From Promethearchaeota archaeon (lineage in GTDB: Archaea > Asgardarchaeota > Lokiarchaeia > Sigyniarchaeales > SOKP01): a stretch of DNA of 64,000 nt. The notes beneath the pieces are model-generated. The model was given only the letters and a program-made list of their open reading frames with translations. It had not been told where the DNA came from and made no database searches. The position numbers and the translations under genes are program-made. Shown here in pieces: positions 50,345 through 58,166 of the stretch. Where the stretch lies: contig SHMW01000015.1 of NCBI GenBank assembly GCA_008080735.1, positions 1-64,000 on the forward strand. The letters are read 5' to 3'. Numbering within the stretch: position 1 is the stretch's first letter; the number at the start of each line of letters is the position of its first letter.

Positions 50345-51485
50345 TATTGTTTTCCTCTTTATATAAATCTTGAATTCGTTCTACCCCATTAAATTCTTCC
50401 ATTTTATTTAATACTTCATTAGGAATAAGTAACCTATATTTTTCAATTTTATTTGAAATTAAGTTCCTAATATGGGTCCCGCTGTATTTATTCTTAAAGA
50501 TCGTTATCTTTTTTGATAATTCATATCCTTCATTTTTAAACAATTCGCGAACCCAATCACTATTAGAGTAAACGATATCAAAATTTCCCACGATTGAAAC
50601 GAGATGATCCACCCATTTATTTGCGTTAAATATATCAGGCACATAATAAATACTATAGTTATCTTCAGAGATTGCCCTTTTTTTTAAGGCGGTTGTGATA
50701 AATTGTTTTCGCTCTTCTTTTGTAAAGGGGTTATCTTTTGTGTGTGAGATTTGGGAACTTCCAATAGCGATCTTAAGGAAATTATAATCTTCAAAAATCC
50801 GATAAATAACATGGATATGACCATGATGGAGGGGTTGAAATCTGCCCACAAAAAGCGCTACATCCTCACTTGTCTTTTTTTTCTGACTTTCTTTATCTTC
50901 AAAAAGGGAATTTAAATCCGAGTTCAATAATTCTTTCCAAATCTCTTCCGAATAATCCACTGCCTCCTTTTCCTCAAAAATATTCTGAAGTTCTGAGCGC
51001 GTATAAAACTTGCTATCATTAATATCCAGCTCGTCCTCATTTGGCTCTGGTTCCACCTCAGTTTTTGCAACTCCCACAAATATATAGGCAACTTCACGTG
51101 ATAATTTGTCCTTCTCTGATTTAAAATCATAAAAATTTAGTTTAATAAGGTCAGTTGATTTTAAGCCGAATTCTTCTTCCAATTCTCTATATGCATTTTG
51201 TTTTATTGTTGATAAATCTAAATTCTTCTCATATACTACATGTCCGCTAGCAGAATCCGTGTAATAGCCAGGATATGTTTTTTTATTTTTCCCTCGTTTT
51301 TGAACTAGATATTCAATCCGATCTTTTTGATTTTTTTTAATAATGAAAATTCTCACAATCAGATGAGGGATTCCTTTTTTATGAGCTTCTTTTCTCTTAA
51401 CTGGGAAGATGTGCTTAGATATTTGACCAGAATGAAGATATTTAATTTCATCTTTCTTGATACATGCTAAAGTCTCATCTTCCAT
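50337..51485 (-). CDS. Nudix (IDI/YfcD-like) domain fused to nicotinamide-nucleotide adenylyltransferase
   Basis: N-terminal QKR..KK.YPG..SASGHV...AYRELEEEFG; C-terminal FVGRFQPLHHGH, IGSSQ, NPFT..ER, SGTHIR. Confidence 0.88.
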   Translation of the reverse strand: MEDETLACIKKDEIKYLHSGQISKHIFPVKRKEAHKKGIPHLIVRIFIIKKNQKDRIEYLVQKRGKNKKTYPGYYTDSASGHVVYEKNLDLSTIKQNAYRELEEEFGLKSTDLIKLNFYDFKSEKDKLSREVAYIFVGVAKTEVEPEPNEDELDINDSKFYTRSELQNIFEEKEAVDYSEEIWKELLNSDLNSLFEDKESQKKKTSEDVALFVGRFQPLHHGHIHVIYRIFEDYNFLKIAIGSSQISHTKDNPFTKEERKQFITTALKKRAISEDNYSIYYVPDIFNANKWVDHLVSIVGNFDIVYSNSDWVRELFKNEGYELSKKITIFKNKYSGTHIRNLISNKIEKYRLLIPNEVLNKMEEFNGVERIQDLYKEENNNE

Positions 51486-51496
51486 TTTCCATCACT

Positions 51497-52315
51497 TCAT
51501 TGAAATTGTAATTCAATATTATCTCCAGAGAAGATATTCAAATCTGCAGAGGCATTCCCTTGATTAAGAGAAATTTCAAGATAACTCGTAGATCCTTTTA
51601 GAAATAATAAAGATTTTTTCGGTACTGCTCCGAAATGGGATGTGAATTTCCCCCGTTTTTCAGAATTCCCTTTTAATAGTGATATATTCTGATTTTCCAA
51701 CAGAATAATATCAGTTCCCTCGATTTTATTTTGTTTGATAGCGATATTTGTAGTTATATTCCCAAAATCATCAACATATTGGACGGTGCAATTGATTTTC
51801 TTTTCCTTTTCATTAATCTCGAAAGGTATTTGAACTTCTCGTAAATCTATTGGATCAACAGCAGAGCCAAGATCTTCTAGGAGTACTCCAGAATGAATAT
51901 GTGCCGCCACAGGACTCATAATATCCCTTCCATGAAAAGTATTCGAAACTGGTTTATGAAAAAATTGTTCATTTTCAACCATATAACCCTCTTTAATTGC
52001 ATCTCTTAATGCTGCGGGAAAAATCCCATTATCAGGTCCCACAAAATAATACTCATCGGCAGTCTCTATCGCGACAATGCCGCGTTGACTGCCCACTCCA
52101 GGATCCACCACCACAACAAAGGCAGTGCCTTTCGGAAAATAGGAATAAGTGGATTTAAGCAGATAAGCCGCCTCAATTATGGAAAATGCCTCTGTGGTAT
52201 GAGAAATATCGATAATTTTGAGCTTGGGATTAATATCTAAAATAACTGCTTTCATAGCTGCGACATAATGAGAACCTCTTGGACCAAAATCGGTTAATAA
52301 CGCAATTATACTCAT
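51497..52315 (-). CDS. SAM hydroxide adenosyltransferase (DUF62, chlorinase/fluorinase family)
   Basis: LLTDFG, IDISH, VVDPGVG, GPDNG, TFHGRDI, DDFGN, LEISLNQG.A. Confidence 0.93.
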   Translation of the reverse strand: MSIIALLTDFGPRGSHYVAAMKAVILDINPKLKIIDISHTTEAFSIIEAAYLLKSTYSYFPKGTAFVVVVDPGVGSQRGIVAIETADEYYFVGPDNGIFPAALRDAIKEGYMVENEQFFHKPVSNTFHGRDIMSPVAAHIHSGVLLEDLGSAVDPIDLREVQIPFEINEKEKKINCTVQYVDDFGNITTNIAIKQNKIEGTDIILLENQNISLLKGNSEKRGKFTSHFGAVPKKSLLFLKGSTSYLEISLNQGNASADLNIFSGDNIELQFQ

Positions 52316-52348
52316 AAGAATATTGTGAAGAAATTAAATTAGCTCCCA

Positions 52349-53254
52349 TTATTTATTTTTATATTTCTGATCAACGGTATAAAAGTCGTTAAGAGCTTTC
52401 GATTTCAATCGATATTCCTCTTCTTTATCAAACTGGACTAATTCCTTCGACAATTCACTAGCTTCTCTATATAATTTATATGCTTCATGGAAATCCTCAT
52501 TACTTAAGGCATCCCTGGCTTTTTGGACAATTTTATCACGTCGGCGTGAGAGATCGGGAATTTTTTGACAGAATGAAGCACGTTCCTTTAATGTCTTTGT
52601 AATTTCATAATCTTCTCCCAGTAGCTCTTCTGATACCTCTTCGGCTTTACAATAATTTTTCGCAGCTTTTTCAAATTCGTTTTCTTTTAGGAGTTTTTCT
52701 GCCTCTTTATAAAGTTTGGAGATTTTGATATGATCCTCATCCTCAACTCTTTCGAGCAATTCTTGAGCAAGTTTTCTGTCTTTTTTACTTCCTGATAATA
52801 ATGATTTGGTTCTACTAATTATGCTTTGTTTGATTGTTTCTGGATTTAACAAATCTATTAGTGGTTCCAAGATGGCTTGATACACTTCTTTTAACTTTTG
52901 TTCGAATTTCTCTCGCTCCATATTTAACAAATCTAGGTCCTCAAGCTCTTCGGCAGCATCTTTCAACAAAGGTCGAAATTTCTCTGGTTTTTCGTTTTCC
53001 TCTAAAAGCAGTCCAATAATTAGCCCAGAAGCTTTTATTTTAGTTTTACCAGAAAATCTATAAATATAGGAAAAAATTTGATGATCTCCAATCTTTAAAA
53101 ACGAATAGTCATTCCTTTCAAGGTCAAGGTTTAATCTTAAAAAGAGATTACTTGTGATTTCGAAATCCTTACCTTCTTGATCTTTAAAAAATTTCCCAAG
53201 GACTTTATAGTCTGAATCGAAGGGAAGAACGATAACATAGGTTCCTTTAGGCAT
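52349..53254 (-). CDS. Longin/uDENN-like N-terminal domain plus TPR/MIT-like helical repeats
   Basis: N-terminal beta/alpha pattern ending LIIGLLLEENEKPEKF..LL..AA; C-terminal repeats A......EFEKAA..Y..A.. Confidence 0.55.
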   Translation of the reverse strand: MPKGTYVIVLPFDSDYKVLGKFFKDQEGKDFEITSNLFLRLNLDLERNDYSFLKIGDHQIFSYIYRFSGKTKIKASGLIIGLLLEENEKPEKFRPLLKDAAEELEDLDLLNMEREKFEQKLKEVYQAILEPLIDLLNPETIKQSIISRTKSLLSGSKKDRKLAQELLERVEDEDHIKISKLYKEAEKLLKENEFEKAAKNYCKAEEVSEELLGEDYEITKTLKERASFCQKIPDLSRRRDKIVQKARDALSNEDFHEAYKLYREASELSKELVQFDKEEEYRLKSKALNDFYTVDQKYKNK

Positions 53255-53512
53255 ACTTTATCACTTTTTTATGATGAAATTTAATAATGGTTGTATTTCA
53301 AATAAGCTACTTACATTTATTAAATATCGATAATATTAATTTCTTTTTTAGAATATTTAATTAGCTGGAATTTAAAGCTATATATGTATTGATAAAAATC
53401 GACTTAAAAGAATAATATAAGCAGTTTCAGCCTCTCAGCCAGCATATAAATAAGTAAAAAAAGTTCAAAAAAGAGCTTCCCTCAGGGAAAATAAAAATTG
53501 TTTTAAAAAAAG

Positions 53513-53944
53513 TTATACATCACAGCCGGTAAGTATTCGATTCGTCTCTTCACGGATGCTCTGGATTATAGTTAAAAGTTGCGCATAATACAAATTATCA
53601 GACACAGTCTTCTGGGCTTTCTTGATGGTCTCAATCGCTTTCTTCTCATCTTCTAAAATTACCTCAATAGATTTGTTTTCCCATAAATCTTCGATTTTCT
53701 CGTTTAATTCATCAGAAAGTTCCTGCATACTCTTATTAGATTGGACGCGGAACTGCTTCAACGCTTCAACAATCAGTCTGACGTTCTCAGTTAAGCTTAC
53801 AATCTCTTGGGAAAATTTATCACTCATTGCGTTTATTGACTCATTCATCGACTCAATTTGAGAGATGGTCCCATCAAGACTCTGCATTATCTGATTGATT
53901 TTATCAATCATTTCTCCAAGAAGCTTTTCCATTTCATCACTCAT
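53513..53944 (-). CDS. Coiled-coil protein (143 aa)
   Basis: Heptad-rich all-alpha ORF with GGTGA SD; tandem with 53979..54410. Confidence 0.8.
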   Translation of the reverse strand: MSDEMEKLLGEMIDKINQIMQSLDGTISQIESMNESINAMSDKFSQEIVSLTENVRLIVEALKQFRVQSNKSMQELSDELNEKIEDLWENKSIEVILEDEKKAIETIKKAQKTVSDNLYYAQLLTIIQSIREETNRILTGCDV

Positions 53945-53978
53945 TTATTCTTTCACCTTTAGATTATATTTGTTTTAA

Positions 53979-54410
53979 TTATTCTTCTTGCTCAGTGGTT
54001 TGTTCCACAACTTGAGTTTCTTGCTTCTGCTTTAAATTTTTTACGGATGAGATCGCTTCTGATAGGAGCAAATTGACCGTATCTTGATTTAAAACTTCCT
54101 CTGCGAGTTTAGAAAAGTTTTCCATATCAGAAATCATTTTTTTTAAGTTTTTCAATCCTAAACCTTCTTGGACGACCTCAATTTCTTTCTTCGCTCCCTC
54201 TCCAATCTCTGATATTACCTCTAAATGCTTCGTCTGTGCGACTGTAATCTCTTGGGCAAAATTTTCCATCTTTGTATTAAGATTGGTAATCTTGTCTTCT
54301 ATGTTTTGATTTAGACCATCAAGTGAGTTCTTCAGACCTTGAATAGCCTTTCCTAACTGTGCTATACGACTATATATGTTTTGAAGCAAATCCGTTAACA
54401 TTTCTGCCAT
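53979..54410 (-). CDS. Coiled-coil protein (143 aa)
   Basis: Heptad-rich all-alpha ORF with GGTGA SD. Confidence 0.8.
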   Translation of the reverse strand: MAEMLTDLLQNIYSRIAQLGKAIQGLKNSLDGLNQNIEDKITNLNTKMENFAQEITVAQTKHLEVISEIGEGAKKEIEVVQEGLGLKNLKKMISDMENFSKLAEEVLNQDTVNLLLSEAISSVKNLKQKQETQVVEQTTEQEE

Positions 54411-54658
54411 TTAAATCACCATTCTCGGGTTTTTCAGTTTGATTATTCTTTTTTTTCTCTTACGAACTTAATATAAGATTACTTCTTTAATCTTTTCGAA
54501 TTCGTAACAAATTGTTTAATAAAGATGTAAGGAAACATATTTATATTTTTTTAGTTCTATAAACTCACTCTAAGATTTGAAATTCAAGGAACTGATGAAT
54601 TCAAAAATTTTGTAGGAAGGCGTCCAAAGGCAATGAAAGAATAGTCAGACCACTCATC

Positions 54659-54988
54659 TCACACTTTACAGATATCTTTCGTTTTGGCTTCAATATTGGA
54701 AACTATTAAGATTTTATCAAAAAATCCTTTCATATCCAAATAAAATTCATTGCGGGGTCCGAAAGTTTCAAGAAATCTATTCGAGATATACAATTTTAAA
54801 TTCTTTCTCTCGACAAGTTCTGCATATTGAATATCTAAATCTGAATCTGATGAATGTGAGATAATGGTGAGATTTGGACTATAAATTGCCGTGCATCCTT
54901 CTTGAATAGTATTAACATCCAATAATAAGGAATCAATTCTATGCTCTTGGATGTATGTTTTCGCAGACTCGGTCAGTTTTATTGACAT
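54659..54988 (-). CDS. HesB/IscA-like small protein
   Basis: True start is probably MSIKLTESAKTYI at 54988, since the ORF-track extension overlaps the tRNA. GC..YSP and LYIS pattern. Confidence 0.6.
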   Translation of the reverse strand: MSIKLTESAKTYIQEHRIDSLLLDVNTIQEGCTAIYSPNLTIISHSSDSDLDIQYAELVERKNLKLYISNRFLETFGPRNEFYLDMKGFFDKILIVSNIEAKTKDICKV

Positions 54989-55005
54989 AGTTGAATAAGA
55001 AGATA

Positions 55006-55185
55006 TGCTCCCGGGGGGATTTGAACCCCCGATTTCCCGGCAAATTGGAACCCAATTGTACACTCAGGTTTTTACTATTATGGACACGGTTAATGGATGT
55101 ATGTCCATCGGCCATTTATAAGACCTGCGCTTGTCGATCAAGACAAGAAACCTATCGCTTGTTAACCAAGCTAAGCAACGGGAGC
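55006..55185 (-). tRNA. tRNA-Ile(UAU) with three introns: 21/22 (55133-55162), 37/38 (55071-55116), 45/46 (55034-55062)
   Basis: Removing 30+46+29 nt gives a 75-nt cloverleaf: GCTCCCG TT GCTT AGCTTGGTTA AAGC G CAGGT CT TAT AA ACCTG AGATC GGGGG TTCAAAT CCCCC CGGGAGC A. Introns 1 and 3 have BHB-like motifs; intron 2 does not fit a clean BHB. Confidence 0.8.
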
Positions 55186-55341
55186 AAATGATTTTTATTT
55201 GTTAGATAACAGCTCAGAGGAAATCTCTCAATATCACTAATCTCAGTTGGGTATCTATACCAAATCTATTTTGAGATATTGGAGCTATAATCCAGTATAA
55301 ATTATAAAAAATACTAAACCATAAAAATTTTTTTGTTAAAA

Positions 55342-55390
55342 TGAACCTAAAAGAGTTTATAGAGGAAATTTGGAAGAAAGAGAAAGGTTA
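55342..55390. repeat. 49-bp perfect direct repeat, copy 1
   Basis: tgaacctaaaagagtttatagaggaaatttggaagaaagagaaaggtta, identical to 57272-57320. Confidence 0.97.
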
Positions 55391-56575
55391 CTCGGAAGAA
55401 TGTTGTTCATAGCCAAACGTAATATCCTTCTTAAAATAATTCTGAGGATTATCTCCATAAATCTTCTTATAGAGTTCCTCCAAAACGGGTGGAACCGAAT
55501 TAAAGTTGTTTCCATCAAGTGAAGGAAGTATATTCAACCCTATCAGCGAGTCGGGAAGCGTGGTGAGCCGATTATTTTCGAGCTGAAATCCTTTCAGCTT
55601 GGAGAGATTTTCAAATGAATCCGGAAGTGAGTCGAGGTTGTTATCGTTTAAATATAGAGACTCTAATTGAGTGAAATTACCGATCGTATCTGGCAAGACT
55701 ATTAAGTTATTATGTTGCAAATAGAGAGTTCTCAAATGAACGAGGTTCCCGATGGAAGCGGGTAGCGAAGTCAGTTGATTATGGTCGAGATAAAGCGTTC
55801 GAAGCTCCGTAAGGCGTCCGACCGAGTCAGGGAGCTTAGTAAGTTCATTATGAGAGAGTTCCAAAACTCTAAGAGTGTCTAAATCGCCTATGGAGTCGGG
55901 AAGCTCGGAAATCTTGTTATGCATCAAATTCAAAGTGTGTAAATTAGAGAAATTACCTATAAACTCGGGTAAAGATGTAAGCTCGCAGTGATCTACATCC
56001 AACCCAATAAGGTTTGGCAAGTCCACAATATATTCGGGGATTTCGGTAATCGGGTTATGGCTAAGAGACAATATGTTTAATGACTTCACTTTACCGATTA
56101 CTTCGGGTATTTTTGAGAAATTGTTTCCGCCTAAACTTATAGCGGTAAGAGATGTTAGATTCTCTACCGACTCGGGGAGAGTTGAAAGTTTGTTGTATCG
56201 TATATATAAATCTTTTAACTGTTTTAAGTTCCCTATCGACTCGGGAAGTCCTACTAACGGATTCTCGAAGAAATAAATATTTTTCAGAGCTTTTAAGTTC
56301 CCTACCGACTCGGGAAGCTCTTTTAGGTTACATCTACCAATATAAAATTGTTCCAAGGCAGGCAAGTTCCCGATCGACTCGGGAAGCTTTGGTATATCGC
56401 ATTCATAAAGACTTAGCGCGTCTACCCGATTGCCTTGTATCGTACATGCCGTCTTCTTGATAAGATGTGGCCCATCGATAACCTTAATTGTCTTCCCTAT
56501 AATATTCTCAATCTCCTCTAACACCTTAGCATCCTTCTCATCAACCATAGAGTTCCGAAAGTTTGTGATTGTCAT
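55388..56575 (-). CDS. Leucine-rich repeat protein (23-aa LPxSIGNLxxLxxLxLxxNxL repeats)
   Basis: About 12-13 tandem LRRs; the stop codon lies within the 49-bp repeat. Confidence 0.93.
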   Translation of the reverse strand: MTITNFRNSMVDEKDAKVLEEIENIIGKTIKVIDGPHLIKKTACTIQGNRVDALSLYECDIPKLPESIGNLPALEQFYIGRCNLKELPESVGNLKALKNIYFFENPLVGLPESIGNLKQLKDLYIRYNKLSTLPESVENLTSLTAISLGGNNFSKIPEVIGKVKSLNILSLSHNPITEIPEYIVDLPNLIGLDVDHCELTSLPEFIGNFSNLHTLNLMHNKISELPDSIGDLDTLRVLELSHNELTKLPDSVGRLTELRTLYLDHNQLTSLPASIGNLVHLRTLYLQHNNLIVLPDTIGNFTQLESLYLNDNNLDSLPDSFENLSKLKGFQLENNRLTTLPDSLIGLNILPSLDGNNFNSVPPVLEELYKKIYGDNPQNYFKKDITFGYEQHSSE

Positions 56576-56710
56576 ATAGATTTGTCTGGTTTTTTTATTC
56601 TTTATATACTACATTTTATTATTGCGACTTTAATAAATATATAGTGTTTCTCGATTTATTGTTTTTTTATAATGGAAATTTTCATTTTTGACGTTCTCAA
56701 AAGGTACTAA

Positions 56711-57271
56711 TCAAAATAATGAATACATATTGATGTATTCCCTTACCAGCATTTGATTTCGTAAAGAGCCAAAGTCCTCAAAGAAATTATAAAATTCCGT
56801 CTTCGGCTTTATTAATTTATAATATTTAAGAGCATCGTTATATTCTTGTTCGTCGAATTCAGGTGCTCGCAATTGATCCGCTAATTCGTTAAGGTAGACT
56901 TGCTTGACCTTGTGATTTTCCGGCTCGTCCAGCCATTCAATAAACTTACCGTTAAGAAAAGTCTCTAGGTGGGGGAGCATATCATAGGGGTTAAACTCTA
57001 TTGCCTCCCCTTTCTCGTTAAACATCACGCACCCGATCTCCAAGCCCTCGTCCACCTGACTCTGTATCAGCAGCGCATACCCGATCAATTGGGCCATCCC
57101 GTTGATAAAATGGTGATTAGGATTGCCGTCAAATTTATAATTCGGCTTATAATCAGCGATAATAATCTTGTTTCCCTCTTTTAGGATTAAATCGGGGCGA
57201 CCCGTCCAATATCGTTTCGTGTTTTTGAAATGGATTGCTAACCTGTTTTCACTAGAAAGACACTCCTCAAG
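56711..57271 (-). pseudogene. 5'-truncated PD-(D/E)XK (RecB/Cas4-like) nuclease domain
   Basis: Frame stays open upstream of the ORF-track Met: LEECLSSENRLAIHFKNTKRYWTGRPDLILKEGNKIIIADYKPNY...MAQLIGYA. There is no ATG/GTG/TTG before the in-frame TAA inside the repeat (57287-57289). Confidence 0.8.
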
Positions 57272-57320
57272 TGAACCTAAAAGAGTTTATAGAGGAAATT
57301 TGGAAGAAAGAGAAAGGTTA
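57272..57320. repeat. 49-bp perfect direct repeat, copy 2
   Basis: Identical to 55342-55390; contains the stop codon and pyrimidine-rich 3' region of 57318..58001. Confidence 0.97.
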
Positions 57321-58001
57321 TTCTTCTTTATCTAAATAAGAACTAATCAGATTCAAAACCCATCGTTTAATCTGCATTAAATTTTTTAGTAATCCGGGAA
57401 CCCGTTCTTCTGGAAACGATTCCTCGGGAGGGAGATTTTGAGCTGTCGCCATCCATTTATTTAACGCCAGTTGGACAAGTCTTGACCCCTCTGCTTCCAT
57501 AAATAAAGGAACTACCGCAGCTGATTCTCTCGCATCGCCAATGGCAAAATATATCTTACGATTTATATCTTTCAACATAACCAGATTGGCGCATTCATCA
57601 ATTTTTCGTTCTACTAAAATCGATTTTAAAAGCTGGGTTTTAATCTCTTTTTCTTTATTATTGAATCTGGTCTTTCGCTCTTGGAGTAAGGGGAAAATCG
57701 TATTGGTTAATCTATTTGCATGTTCATCATCATTATAATAGCACACCGCATTCAATTGGTCGTCTAAATTCTCAATTGAGAGGAATGTTTTGTTTTTTGA
57801 ATATAAAATCGCTCGTGAGCCCTTTTTAAAATCTTGATATAACTTCATAAACACACATCTTGTTCCCACATTATTCGCGGTATGATATGTCAAATCGAAC
57901 AATTCTCTGTGAGTAAGCGGCTCAAAAGGTTCATTAATCTCTTCAGTTAGCCATTCTCTTGAAATAACACTTTCAAACTGATTCAAAAGTCTGTTTTCCA
58001 T
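57318..58001 (-). CDS. Hypothetical protein
   Basis: 227-aa ORF with native codon style; IYFAIGDARESAAV.P.FMEAEG..LVQLAL.KW block. Confidence 0.8.
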   Translation of the reverse strand: MENRLLNQFESVISREWLTEEINEPFEPLTHRELFDLTYHTANNVGTRCVFMKLYQDFKKGSRAILYSKNKTFLSIENLDDQLNAVCYYNDDEHANRLTNTIFPLLQERKTRFNNKEKEIKTQLLKSILVERKIDECANLVMLKDINRKIYFAIGDARESAAVVPLFMEAEGSRLVQLALNKWMATAQNLPPEESFPEERVPGLLKNLMQIKRWVLNLISSYLDKEE

Positions 58002-58166
58002 AGTTTATACCTAATATTATGATAATTAGTTAAATATGTAATGAAAATCTTGTTTTAAAAATTCTAACTGTTTTTAATAAAATATAGTTAGAATAATTTT
58101 AAATTTTTATATTAGTTGCAATTTTCATCCATCTATGTGTGTATTGAGAGATGCTTAAAAAAGCAA

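Larger units (their letters stand above)
55342..57320 (-). mobile_element. Direct-repeat-flanked insert (1881 bp between repeats) with nuclease fragment and LRR gene
   Basis: Perfect 49-bp flanking repeats, nuclease ORF truncated at the repeat, visibly higher GC in the coding parts. No recombinase or terminal inverted repeats. Confidence 0.65.

Noticed and set aside
54560-54661. UGA read-through or SECIS after the HesB-like ORF
   Set aside because: The TGA is not at a Cys-equivalent motif and no convincing AUGA/GA SECIS stem follows.
55064-55157. Alternative parses of the tRNA as Lys(CUU), Leu(UAA) or Met/Ile(CAU)
   Set aside because: They need an oversized D-loop and G37, a Leu-type variable arm, or splice sites with no BHB support. 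The UAU parse gives a canonical cloverleaf, though it is not proven.
54989-55191. ORF-track extension of 54659..55063 and ORF 54991..55191
   Set aside because: Both overlap the tRNA-Ile gene; the real CDS likely starts at 54988.
55342-57320. 49-bp repeat as an integron attC site, CRISPR repeat or tRNA att site
   Set aside because: It has TAAC...GTT ends on the minus strand but no internal palindrome. There are only two copies 1.9 kb apart, no intI or cas1 nearby, and no tRNA sequence in it.
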